Below are positions 10,423 to 23,220 of a DNA stretch of 64,000 bases, piece after piece. The translations under genes and the position numbers were made by a program. The stretch covers positions 1-64,000 of the forward strand of contig JAAPAO010000067.1 in NCBI GenBank assembly GCA_013115145.1, given 5' to 3'. Source of the stretch: Perkinsus chesapeaki ATCC PRA-425. Its lineage: Eukaryota; Protista; Perkinsozoa. How positions within the stretch are numbered: position 1 is the stretch's first letter; every line of letters begins with the position of its first letter. The notes below the pieces were generated by a model. That model did no database searches. It was not told where the DNA came from and was given only the letters and a program-made list of their open reading frames with translations.

Positions 10423-13400
10423 ATGATTACTGCTGCTGCCCTGCCATGGATTAGTAATCGACGTGTGAACAATGTCACCACCACCGAGGAGGGGAGTCGC
10501 CGCGGCCCTTCTGCCACTGTGGGCCGTAGACTTCGTGGACTGTACTTCCAGGAGCACTTCGCTCGAGCCAATCCTACATTTGCCCCTTTTACCGACTTCG
10601 GACGCCTCGTGATCGGGGTAGAGTCGGATGATGACGAGGATGATGATGAGGATGAGGAGTCGGAGGAGTCGGAGGAGTCGGAGGATAAGGAGTCGGATGA
10701 TGATGACGAGGATGATGATGAGGAGGAGGAGTCGGAGGAGGATGAGGAGGATGAGGATGAGGAGGATGAGGAGGAGTCGGAGGAGGAGGAGTCGGAAGAG
10801 GAGGCGGAGGAGGAGGAGGAGGTAGAGAGTGTTCAGGAGGGAGAGGATGTGCAATCTGCCGTCGAAGAGGAAGACGTGAAATCTGTGACGGGAGAAGGAG
10901 AAGAGAGGCCTCCTAGAATCCCCCCGGTCAATTACGATAGGTCGGAGCCTGCATTTGACAGGAGTGAAAGATACTATCAACATCAATTGCAACCCCGTGA
11001 AGAGCAACAGAACAGAGTTCGACCTCAGCAAATCGTCGTTCCCGGCTTCGGCGGTGGCAACTTTTACGGCGGAGCGGTGTTCTGCTATGATGCTCACCAG
11101 TAAGTCATTATACCTTTTATTATTGCAGTGTAAATGTCAGGTTGATGGGTAAAGTGTCTCCTAGAGGAGGAGGAAGAGGCTACCACCGCTATGAGCATTA
11201 TGATGAGTATGAGTTTGCCATTGGAAGGGTGGTGCCATCACCAACGACCAGGGATGTTGAGTATAGGATTATCGATCTCCTCGGTGAAGGTGTGTTCGGA
11301 AGTGTAAGTTTTCGAGGCAGCTGGTAAAGCAGCTTGAGTTTCGTTATAGGTCTTCTTGTGTGTGATGAGATCGCTCGCCAGGAGGTTTCCGCCGAGGCAG
11401 GTTGCCATGAAGGTCTCTAAGAACAATGGCAGGTAGTAGGCATCGCTGTTTCGGCTATCCCGTAGTATTGTGCTGGTTTCAGGAGCCTAAAAAATGCCGC
11501 CTTCGAAGCCCGTGCGCTTGAGAAGCTCAGCAAGAAATTTAATGTGCGAAATAATGAAGGGAAGGCCAGCTCCGGGCCAGGTGGGTCATTATCGTCTGCT
11601 ATCTTTATTATTATATATTCCCTTTATTATTATATATACCCTTTATTATTATATATTCCCTTTATTATTATATATTNNNNNNNNNNNNNNNNNNNNNNNN
11701 NNNNNNNNNNNNNNNNNNNNNNNNNNNNNNNNNNNNNNNNNNNNNNNNNNNNNNNNNNNNNNNNNNNNNNNNNNACTTTATTATTATATATACCCTTTAT
11801 TATTATATATTCCCTTTATTATTATATATTCCCTTTATTATTATATATACCCCCTCGCCTTTATCCCTACAGTACCTTAGGCCGTTCTGAGCAGTCCTAT
11901 ACTACCGACTACCTCTTCGCTCTATATTCACGTCTATATCTCGGGCTCCAATGCTGCTGCCCATCTCTACTCAGGTGATACTCCTTCAACCTGCACTTCA
12001 CCGTCAGTGAATCATGATTGGTACGAGCCCGAGTTCGAGACCCCCTTCCTTCAGTTCTACGACAGCTTTATGTACCTCGGTCGAGCCTGCATTGTGGTCG
12101 AGCGTATGGACATGACTTTATACGAGTAAGCATAATCGATCAATCGGGCGAGCGCTTCTTTTTGCATTACCTGTCTCAGTATGATTCGAATGAGCTGCAA
12201 CCCGGGACCGGGGCGACATGGGGGATACTGGGGGGTGCGACCGGGGCTGCCATTGGAGGTGGTGGCGGATTTAAGCGAACAGATACTTAAGAAGTTGGCG
12301 TTGATGAGGTTGACGGGTGTGATACACTGTGATCTGAAAATGGATAATATATTGATACGGCAAGGGAGGGAAGGGGAACCTATATGGAAGATGGAGGCTA
12401 AGATATCTGATTTTGGATGCGGAATGAGCGAGGGGGATCCGATACATAGGAAAGTCCAAAGTCGATATTACAGGGCTCCGGAGGCAATACTGGGGTTGAC
12501 TCCGTATAGCTGCGCCCTCGATGTGTGGTCACTGGGGTGCATGATGGCGGAGATGGCTACGAGAGAGCCGCTATTTGAAAGCACGGATGAGCTGGACCAG
12601 CTGAATAAGATGACTCGCATACTAGGGCCGATTCCGCACCATATGGTTCGAGATGCTATGGCGAGTGGTAGGGGAGGGCAGGTCCTTGAGTTCTTTGATC
12701 CAGTCGTTATATTGGACACGGTTTATCTGGACACCTACGAACGAGTGGTATGCCAAACAAGATATGTTCGGGAGGGACAGGATAATTTTGAGACGCCGGG
12801 CAGAGTGTTGCCGTGGATGTATTACAGTATGAATCCGGAGGAGACATGGCTCAGTACAACAAGGTTCTTGCCACTTTCGGAGAACCATCTAAGGGGGTGG
12901 GCGGAGGTCCAGGCTGGATTGACAGGTCAGACGACAGAGGAAGTTTACGGTCGTCCGTGCACGATGACGTGGAGGCTTTGGGACGGATTCAGGTTGAGGT
13001 TTCCTGGCGAGAGGATCAACACTAGAGTTCGTCTAGTAGAGTCGGGGCCGACGGTGTGTGGGGTACGGGAAATGGTCGTCGATACATCACAAATGATGTT
13101 CTCACCGAAGGGGATGGATAGATTGTTGAGATCTAAATGTGTGGAAGGGCTACAACAGAAGAGCAGTCCAATGGAGAAGAAATGGGCTCAGGCAACCGCG
13201 GCCTGTTTTGTCTGGGACCCAGAGTTGCGGGTCACCCCGGCCCAGTTGCTGAGCGCTCCCTTTTATAACTATCCGGATGACGTATCGCCGAAGAAGGGGG
13301 AATGGGAAGAGGGTAGTGAGTGGACGAGGCTTGAAGGCTTCTTCAAGAGGAAGGAGAGCTTCCTGGTGAAAGCTGCGGAACGATTAAGCGGCGGGAGGAA

Positions 13401-13647
13401 GTTCAATAGTATGGCCGGTCTGCAGCTTTACGCCGATCGAGTCGCTCGGAAATGGGCCAGTGACTTTCGCAAAGTGAGAAAGTCCGTCCCGGATGATGGT
13501 TATGTTCCCTCGAGTTTCCCCGGTCTTGATTTCTCCTATTTGTTCGGAATCGATAGTGAAGAGGAAGATGACTCTTGGGGAGCTCTGGATGATGTTGGGT
13601 CTCTGGAACGGTTGGTCTGTCGGGGGACAGTGAGTTGTGACATATAG
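10423..13647 (+). CDS. CMGC-group Ser/Thr kinase, DYRK/HIPK-like, with an N-terminal Asp/Glu-rich tract (spliced)
   Basis: The acidic ORF 10423 splices (GTAAGT at 11100, AG at ~11128) in frame to YRIIDLLGEGVFGSV. It continues through QVAMKV, FYDSFMYLGRACIVVE..DMTLYE, IHCDLKMDN, DFG, VQSRYYRAPE and DVWSLGC. Confidence 0.85.
10628..10822 (+). repeat. GAG/GAT/TCG low-complexity coding repeat (poly-D/E/S, ~65 aa)
   Basis: Directly visible. It generates the spurious antisense poly-L/I ORF 10417..11097 and the poly-R/M ORF 10628..10825. Confidence 0.9.
11603..11851. repeat. 19-bp AT-rich intronic minisatellite (CCCTTTATTATTATATAT[T/A]) spanning an assembly gap
   Basis: About 4 units on each side of the N run, inside the kinase intron (GTGGGT 11581 to CCTACAG ~11872). 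Confidence 0.9.
11677..11774. other. Assembly gap (98 N)
   Basis: Run of N. Confidence 1.
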
Positions 13648-14366
13648 CAGAGACGTGGGAGGGCAGGAGGAGGAGGATAGGAGACGTTCCCACGAATGTT
13701 ATCATTACGCAACATTTGTTGACCATAAACCTTGGAAAAAATAAAAATGCTACCAGACTGCTTACCAGTATCGACTGTCACATTTTAGCGTTCAGAGGGA
13801 AGGAGAAGCGAAGCTGGGGCTCCCCGCCCGAGCCCATTGGTACCGGCCCGGTTGGGCATACTGTGTGTTGCCAGAGATTGCGGACGCTGTTGATGTTTTA
13901 TCAAGTAAAAAAATAAAAAAGGGGACGAAGATGTTATTGTGATCGTGAGGGACTTTGGCATGGTTCACATGGTTACGTGGGGGAAATACGGTATTGTTGA
14001 GTTTACGTTATCCCAGAGCAAGGGGGGCTGGCGCGGGTGGAAGGGGGGGCGATTGAGGGGTTGTTTTGCAATGAACATACAGATTCGATCGTTACTTGTT
14101 CATTATATTAATTTTGCATCCACTCGTTCATGAGGGAGCGATTGAGGCTGTATTACATCTCATCTCCGTGTCCTCTCTCACTTTTCTGCCGTGAAGAGAG
14201 CTTGCCTCTGTATGATGGAATAATGGTTAGTGGAATGGAGCGGACTGACAGTTGGATATGATAGGAGGCCATTGTTGGATATGGACTAGCTCAAGAGGCG
14301 TTATTAAGGGTTTTCATTCAAGTGTTTTCAGTTGCGCGGTGGTTGCGGTTGTTGTTGTCCTCATAT

Positions 14367-17300
14367 ATGGACTGGCGAGATGAATGTCGTAAAGTACGGG
14401 CTAGGGTACAGAAGGCTGATAGGGGATATGTCTTCATCAAACCAGTGATGGAGTGTGAGCTGCCAGATGAGGTGAAACAGCGCTATAAATTGGTAATACA
14501 GAGGAAGGGGGGAAGGATGATGGGGTCCTGAGCGTTATTTATTAATAGTAGTTAATAATAATAAATTATTATTATGACTCCAATGCCCTATTAATAATAA
14601 TATTAGTATTATCGTTCGTATGGTATTTACTTTATTATAGTAGTTATTCTGTCACGCACTACGTAATATTCCTCCACAACATCCATAACCACCTGCTCAT
14701 CATTATCATCGCCATCAGTATTAAAGTTGCGATACCGCATTCGTTTGACTAACTAATAATAATACTTAGGCGATAAGCAAGCCGATGGACCTCCGCACCA
14801 TCGAGGAGAATTTGGACAAGGACCCGCTCTATACATCACAGAGGTTCGAGGAAGATATGAACCTGATGTTCTCAAATTGCTTCTCGTTCAACACTGTCGG
14901 TGAATATGCCTACACTGAGGGTAAAAGGCTGAAGAAGCTGTTTGATACGGCCTGGAAGACGGCAAAGGAAAGGAATAGTAAAGGTGATAAAAGCATGGGA
15001 AATGGTAGTACAGTTGCCGAGTCTACAGGGAGAATCTAGGGGCCTCGCTCTCGAGTTTAAAATGACGTATCTAAATTCTCGCTATATGGACGTGATGGTG
15101 TGTGTGAGATGTCGATATCTCTTTAATAGCATGTTTTTTGAACGTGCTGCTGAATCCTGTAGTGGAGAATGCGTGTGTGCATGCTGTACTCGCTTTGGTG
15201 TATTAAGAGGCTTGGACTGGGACTGCTGCAGAGGTGGAAGGAAATGTTCGGGGATTCGTGCAGCGTGAAAGCTGCTCGTTATTAATGATTATAGTGTGAC
15301 GGGGGACTCATTCCAATAGGTGTTGAGAGAACCCCCGGCAGCAGCACTCGCAGGAGGGCACCTTCATCCACAGTGTCATCTCCGCAGTCTCGTAGGTCTA
15401 CTAAGAGAGGTAATAGAGAGTTGTCAGTAGGGAAAGTTGGCAGCAGCGTTATATAGTTATAATGACGTTACCAATTTGGTGCTTCCTGAAAAATTCTTGT
15501 GCTTGTGGGAACTTCTCAAGGCCAAGTGATTAAGCTATTCTCGTATACTTTTGGTAGTCGCACCTTTAGTGATATCTCCATTCTGTCTTATCGTCATCAT
15601 CATCATCATTGTCATCATCATTGTCAGAGGCTCTGATTCAAAGCCTATCGATGAAACGCTACTGAGGGCTGGCTGATTGGCCCAAGGAAATTCCGTCTCA
15701 TCCATGACCACTCTTTTCGGCTCCCTGACCACAAAATCGAATGTGTCGTTTTCGTAGGTGGTCGGACGCCGGCAGGGTCACGGGGAGCGAAGAAGAAGGT
15801 TTCAACAGCAACCTCGGGGAAGACGGGGAAGAAGGTCTCAGAGGGAGGTAGGAATTGGGATATGGCATGGCGGCCGAGGAATGGTGGTTTGCAGCTCCAG
15901 TGGCCAGTGGAGCATCATCATCGTCATCTTCGAGTAGCGCGGGAGCATTCCCAACACTCTTTCCAAACGATTCGACTCCGGTGGCAGCAAAGCCGGCGGA
16001 TGTGTCTCGGGTGGCTAAGCTGACAGCGGACTGGCATCGGTCTATTCGAGTGATTTATAGGGCTGTTAAGTAAGGGGGAAGTAGAGGGGACATCAGAGGA
16101 TGTAAAGGCATTGAAGCAAGCTTCATAGTCACCGCATTGGCAACACTTTGATCACCGTGGAACACGTTTCTGCGAGGGAAGATGATAACTAGGACTAATT
16201 TATGATTCGTGAGGGATAGATCGGTTGATGCGCTAAGCGATCCCAGTTTGAGTGGAATATGTGCTGTGAATGATGCTGGGTTAATCTGCTGACGATTATC
16301 TCAGGAATCATAACGACGCGTACCTCCTCGAGAGCCCAGTCGTTGAGCATCCCGCAGTGTCCTTGGAGGAAAAAAAGAAGTACGAGAGGACCATTAAAAG
16401 GCCGATGGATCTGCGTACGGTTGAGGTAGGAGGAGGTCTTGCGGCGCATTTTTGGTATTGATTATGCATCCTGAAGTCTCACTTTGAAGTCGTATATTCT
16501 TACATATCACGCCGAACGAAACGCTTGAAAAAATGAATAACTATCCGAGCTCGTCGACTCTACCCGCTGCGTACTTCCGACGGTTCGGTTGTTGATATTT
16601 TAAGATATGACTTGTAAACTGTTGAACTGGTTAGTTGGCGGCTCCAATCCCTTTTGCATCACATTCCCCTTCCTCTAGTTCGTGGCTGTTTAGGAAAATC
16701 TCGAGCTCTTTCCGCGGCCGATAGACTTCCATAACGATATGATGGTGATCTTTTCTAACTGTGAGGAGTTCAATGGTGAAGGGCCGATCACAGAGATGGC
16801 CAGAGCTGTCGAGAGGCATTATTTGAAGCAATGGACCTACCATAAGAACGAGTGGGGATATCGCATCGCTCCGCTAGAACTTATGCGTTTTTGTCAGCGT
16901 TATGGAATCTTACAACACGGCATTGTCTTTGGGATATCAACCTCTTGTGGATCTATGGGAGGAGTGGCGGCATGAATCTCCGAGACTTGACCTTGAAACC
17001 GTAAGATACTCCAGAGGTCGGAATACGTACCTTGGTGGTATTTTGTGTATTAATACGGGGCCTCGCAGTAAGTTTGATAAAAACTGATTTACTGAGGCGT
17101 GGAAGAATAGTACGGCTCATCGTCGAGTGAACTAGCAAGGCACAAGACACGAATGGCTTGGTGTGAAGTTGACAGCGGTGTAGGAGTAGCTTATTATGTA
17201 TCTATAGTAGGGGCTGGGCATGCTGCAAAGGAAAATTCATCAGTCTTTCCGAGATTATCTCCAGGCGTGCATACGTTCATTCGAACTGATGATTTGAGCG

Positions 17301-20300
17301 GTAGCATTTTGTGGTTCGCGGTGTTTTGAAGTCCACTTAGCCAGTTGAGATGCTTATGTCCTAAAGCCCTCCGCTCAGCTTTGTTTGCACTTAGTAACTG
17401 ATCCTTGGGAGGCCATAGAGAAACAAGGAACTTTCCATATTTCAGGGGAAAGCTATTCGTATGAAGAAGGGTCATCACGGCACACCACCACAGCTGTGGG
17501 AAGTCACCGCTCCGCCCAAGAACTTCCAAAACGAAACCCTCGAGTTCTTCCCCCGAATCTCATTGCCGCCCCCTCCACCGCCCCCGCCTCCTCCACCACC
17601 GCTCGATCCTCCTCGAGGATCTCCTCGACACAGAAATGAGCATCGGAGAGAGCGGGCGACGAGCGGCGGCGGCAACCGAGCGGGTGTGAGGAAGCATTGG
17701 CGGCAGCTCCTTGGGGCAGTTGTCAAGCAGCTCCAAGATATCCCTCAGGGATGCTTCTTTCTCAAGCCTGTACATAAATATACGGACATCCCCATTGACA
17801 ATAGGAAAGCATACTACCGGCTTATTAATCGGCCGATCGATTTGGAGACGATATCGCGGAATTTAGACCGGTACCCGAGCCCCAAGGACTTCGTGGAAGA
17901 TCTCGAACTCCTCTTCCAGAACTGCTTCGCTTTCAATAAGCCCGGGGACGATGTCTATATCGCAGGGTCCCAGCTGAGGAAAATATACAGAGAGAGTTAT
18001 GAGCTTATGCGAGAGCAAATAGAAGAGAGCTATGCAGTCGAGTTGGAGGAGGGCGTGGCTTCAAAGCCGGGGGAGTGGAACCTGCCCAGGTTCGATCCCG
18101 AGCCGCCGAAATTTGAAGTCACGAAAGGGTGGTGGAAAGATGCCGAAGAAGGCACTTTAAGGAAGCGACCGTTGGAGGAGGAAACAGCGGCTGTTAAAGA
18201 GGAGGAAGGGGAGGCGTTAAGGAAACGGGCGAGGGTGGAGGAGGGAAATAGAAGGGAGGAAAAGAAAGAGAAAAAGAAGGGGAAAAAGGGGAGTGGGGAT
18301 AAGAAACATAAAGGGGGGCAGCAGCAAAGGAAGGCGGTGGGGGATGATGGGGATGATGAGCTGGATAAGGCAAGGGAGAAGGTGGTGGCTAGAATATTAA
18401 TGAAGGAGGAGAAGAAGAGAGAAGGGGATAAAGGGATAAGTAAGAATGTTGTGATAGATAATGATAAGACAACAGCTAGTGAAGGATCGGTTAAACTAGC
18501 TAGTAGGAAGAGCAAGGGAAGCATTAATGCAGCAGAAGGTGAAACTAAGAAAGGGAGCAAGAAAGGAGCAAAGAAGAGCACGGCGGGTAGCAAAGGCCGA
18601 AGCAAAGGGCGAAGCAAGAGCAAGAAAGGCGAGCTGGCCTCCCCATCCCCAACTGCATCTGAAGGGCCAACCGACTCGAGTCCGGCGACGATCAGTGAAA
18701 AGAGCCCGTCGAGCCCGGCTCTGGTTGAAGACGAGAAGAACGCTCTTGGTGCGTCATCAGCAAGCCCAAGTCCATTGCTGGACGGCAAGTCGAGCCCGTC
18801 TCCGACAGGGGGGAGTCCAAGCCCAAGTGCTAGTAGCTCTGGCGATGATTTGGCGCCGATATCCTCACTGGTGTTTGATAAGAATGCAGAGGCCGAGAAA
18901 AAGATGCAAAGCATAGTGTCGAGCTTCCATGAAGCAATGGTGAAGTCTGATAAACAGACAACTCACGGCAAGAAGCGGAAGAAGCGAGAATCTGCGGGCT
19001 CCTCCTCGAAGCCCAATCGTTCGCCCTCCCCCTCACCGTCTGGTTCGGAGGGCTCCCCTGCCGCTAGTAGCCTGTGCAGCCCATCTCCCTCGGAGGACGA
19101 GAAAGCGAGTGAGATTGAGGGAGAAGTTTTCGATGGTATATGGAGGCTGATTTTGGGGCAGGTTCCAAGGAGCGAAGGAAGAGCAAGAAAAAGCATCATC
19201 ACCGTCATCATCACCGGCATCACGAGCACTCTTCGAAAAAGCGTCGTCTAGGATCAGGGGACTCCCCCTTGCCATCGGAGCTATGCTCTTCTCCTTCTGA
19301 GATGGCAGCTTCACCGGTAGGAACTTCATTAGTGAACACATGCCAACTGTTGGACGTACTTTTGCAGTCGCCGGAGTCATCCGAGAGCCGTCCGTCACCA
19401 CCTAGCCCGCCACTGGAAAACGCCTCGGCATACGACCTTCCCGTGGGAGAGGCTAGGGACACTGCTGGTGAGATGGTCATGCCGTCTTTGGCCTGTCATA
19501 TTGTGTTCCTCAGTATCTCCTCTTCCGCCTCCTTTGACATTGCCCATTCCTTCGAAGAGAGCGCAGGGTACTTTCTGACGCTCTTCGTCGAACCCCACTG
19601 AGATCTCGCTGCAGGTCACGCTTCGAGTATCGCTGAAAAGGCAAGCCTGCCTGTTGAGGCAAAGAAGCAAGAGGCTCTCTCTCCGAAGCTTGTGGCGCTC
19701 GGAGAAGGAAGCAGTCCGGAAGATTCTTCTGAAGATCTCTTCGGGGAGCCGATTCGAGGTGGGTTCAGGTTTGGCAGTGATGCGTTCTTGAGGGCCTCCA
19801 GCCGTTCTAGGGCCAGGAAACATCCGAATTGCGAAATTTTTCCGTCAGATGACGCAGCGACACCTGAGCTTACTGACTCGATCACATCATCTCCCGTCGG
19901 GAACGGCACTGTCCGGAAAGGGACGGATACCCCTGTTGTTGTGGCGTCACCCAGTGAGGAGGCGACGTCTACGTCTGAGACGGGGCGAGCGAACGAAGAG
20001 AAAAAGAAGTCTATCTTGGACGCATTTGCTTCACCACCGTCTTCTAAGAAAAGCAGCAAGTCTCGATCATCACACAAACTGAAGGTGATGCGACTTTTCC
20101 TTAACTGTCACGGATGATGCTCACAGGGAGTCTCCAAAGAGAATCGCCACGCTCATCGCTCATCAACATCGGACGTTGACGGTCGGAGTGTGTCGGTGGC
20201 TTCAGTAGATGGGCATGACTGGAGATGGTATTGAGCCAACACCATCTATTGCCAAACTTATCTATACTAGGTACTTATCTCGAATCGTTAGCGCCACTCG

Positions 20301-21516
20301 CAACACGAAGGACGCCGTGTCCGGCACGCGAATATCTTATATTTTCGATAAGGCATTGTTCAAGTACGATTATGAATGGGAACTTAAACCAGGGTGTTTA
20401 ATAGGTATGATTTGGAGGAGGCTGTGGTGAAGGATTATTATAATATTATTAAAGAGCCTATGGACTTTGGCGTCATTCGAAGGCGCATACCGCTTTACCC
20501 CAATCCTGATGAGTTCAAGAAGGACATGGACCAGATCTTCCGAAACTGTCTACTCTACAACAAGTAAAATGCGCTTGCTGTCGTGCATTTTGTGCACTTA
20601 TCCAACATAGGGTCGGATCGGACGCATACGGCATGGGTGTGGATGTGCGAAAGTCCTATCAGGACGCATGGTGACAGAAAACGAGGACACGTTGTCTCGG
20701 GAATGACTGCATTTCAGGGAGACCAATCTTGAGGCTTTGACCACTGCATTCGAAAAATCATCCGACTCTGGTAATCAGAAGGAACTGTTGGAAGAGTACA
20801 AAACCAATAGAGTCATGCCAGACTTGCCGCGTCTAGAAGATGACGAAGTCGCTAAGGTAGCGCGGGTCTGCTTGGCTTCATGTCTGGGGTTGATCTCTCA
20901 TAAAATTCTTCTTGTCAGAAATCGCCAGAAAAGCCTCAGCAGACGGAGAACTCGCGGCGACGGCCAGCCTCATCTGAGAAAGCTCCATCAGTTATTGAAA
21001 GCAAGCCATCAGCCACGAAGAAGGCCAGCAGCACCAAGAAGTCGACGGCAGCTATCAAGAAAGAGACATCTACCTCTCGTGCCGAGACCAGGAAGGATAC
21101 CACCGCGCAGGCCACAGCCTCGAAAGTAGGCTTGCACTCATCCCATTTAACTAGTCATTTATGGGGTTCAGGTTGGTGTCGCCACATCTAAGACGCCGAT
21201 GAAGCCTTCCGGGAGTGGAGTAACCGTTGGCCGCGGGTGGATACCAGAGTTCTCGATGGATTCTGATGCTATGCGAAGGGTGCAGTGTCGGCAAGCAAGG
21301 CAGCGGAGGCGACGGTGTACAAGCGTTCCACCATTGAGTATATCGAACGAGCCGGAGCTTGTAGACATTTCGCATTTGCCAAGCTGGCTCGACCGGCATG
21401 ATCGCCTAAAGAGTCTTGAGCAATCAAAGCCTCCTTTCACGGCCAAAGTTGATAAAATTGATTTATACTCGGGTCCCTTTTGTGTGATGACTATTCACCG
21501 TTCTGGGCCCATGTGA
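14367..21516 (+). CDS. Large protein with four bromodomains and Lys/Ser/Pro/His-rich linkers (multi-exon; 3' end uncertain)
   Basis: BD1: GYVFIKPV..RYKL..PMDL..NCFSFN (14367-15000). BD2: AYLLESPV..KYERTIKRPMDL..NCEEFN (15990-16830). BD3: CFFLKPV..YYRLINRPIDL..NCFAFN (17700-18000). BD4: YIFDKAL..DYYNIIKEPMDF..NCLLYN..GSDAY (20270-20660). Several linker splices checked in frame; a single-gene model is likely but unproven. Confidence 0.75.
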
Positions 21517-23220
21517 ATATTTACTGTACACTGAGCAACAACTGTAATAATAATACACGAAGCAAGTCGAAGGTGTACAACTTTGTTGAGTTCTCAATCT
21601 GGAGATGAAAGTACCGTCAGCTAGGTTGGTTGGAAGCCGCCAAGATAAGAAAACCTTATTGTCAGAAGCTGATGTTAAATCCGTGGGACACGAGTCGGAT
21701 CCTTGATAACCATTTCTTATAAAACTCGTTAGTTTGCATGCTAAGAAAGAAAGTGAAACCGTTCACAAATTATCCGAGCGCGGTTATCGAACTATAGGAA
21801 GAGGAAGCATATTCATGCTTCCCATAAGGTGTAGCCTACACAGTGTAGGGCCTACACTGTCGGCTATCGGACACTTTTCGGAACAGAGAAAGTTCTGGCG
21901 TTTCAGTATGAAATTCAGTGGGCGAGAAATAGGTTTCGACTATGCTACTCATTTGGAGGCCCTGGCAGGGCTCTCTGTTTCTCAGGGTCGTCCTTCCACA
22001 ACTATCATACGTAATTTCCGCTCCCAAGGAGCGGACTTGCATGTGACGGTTTTACTAGGACGAAAAATCACGCTCGCTCCTGCGGGAGCGGTCAAGTTCA
22101 CTCGACTAGTGCATTCACCATATGCTTAGATCGTGAAAACTGTTAAAATGGAATGTTTGATGCCCGTTGGCCCGTCTCTGGATGGCTTCCTATCTGTTTG
22201 CAATAATTTAGTGCATCGGAAAGAGGGAGAGGAACACGGGGAAGAAGTGTGCTGTTGCTCGCCGTTCCCCCCTTCTACCGCTAACTCCGTGACCATTCGG
22301 ACTCGAAGGCATCACGAAATACAGTTAGTTGATAAGCTAAAGTTGTTCCCCTAAATGATGGGTGCAATACCATTGCACAATAGTTGTACTTCAAGATCCG
22401 CCTATTCATTCACGCCGTGAATTTCACGCTCCGTGGAGTTAATCCACGTGGAATACACGGCGTGGAATGATCCCAGCGGAATCCAGGTCTTGCGAGGGTC
22501 TATTATATCGTCCTTTTGCGGGGTACCTTGGTTCGTCCATTTTTGTTTCGTACACGGTCATACACATCGGTGTTCGTACACTCTTTTCGCACAAGCTTGT
22601 TTTGTAGTGCGGTTCATACACTTGCAATTCGTACATGCTCGTTTCGTACAAAGTTGTTTGACAGTGTGAAACTCACAGATGCTGTTCCATACAATTATGC
22701 ACTAACTCTGCTTGTTTCATCCATGAGCGACTCACACCCATTTTGTAAACACTTGCTTCGTACATGCTCGTTTCATGCATTTTGGCCATATATGGATATC
22801 TCACGAGTCAACGCCGATATCACCGTGACCGTTGACCCAACGGTCACGATGCCACCGTGACGGTGGCATCGGGTGCAAGTGCCTCTGCAAGCTCCGGGAG
22901 AGCTCCTGAGGAGCCTGAGATACTCCTGTCATTAAAGAGCTATCAAGAGGATTGCGCATTCAGGTAGCAATGCGTACGCAGTCTGCTTCGGACCACGGGC
23001 GCTGTTCACTGCGGCGCACAGGAGTTCGTGCGCTCACGTGCTGTATAGCGCATGCGTGCGATCCGTTAAATAAGCTTGGACCAGTTCCATCATGATGTGC
23101 GGGAACTTTTGGTTAGGCAGGTATCTCTACCCTGAGTACGATTTAAAATATCGTCCCGCCATATCTGAGGGGCTGGTTTCACTCGGGTTAGTTAAACGAC
23201 TCTTTGTGCATCTTCTGCCC

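Noticed and set aside
10417-11097. 226-aa Leu/Ile-rich membrane-like ORF (and the poly-Arg ORF 10628..10825)
   Set aside because: Antisense and alternative-frame shadows of the GAG/GAT acidic repeat in the kinase gene.
12551-12561. 11-nt antisense match (CGTAGCCATCT) to the perkinsid/dinoflagellate spliced leader
   Set aside because: Short, inside a kinase exon (EMAT codons) and without the rest of the leader; chance.
18030-18914. 294-aa minus-strand ORF
   Set aside because: Antisense shadow of the Lys/Ser-rich bromodomain-protein exon.
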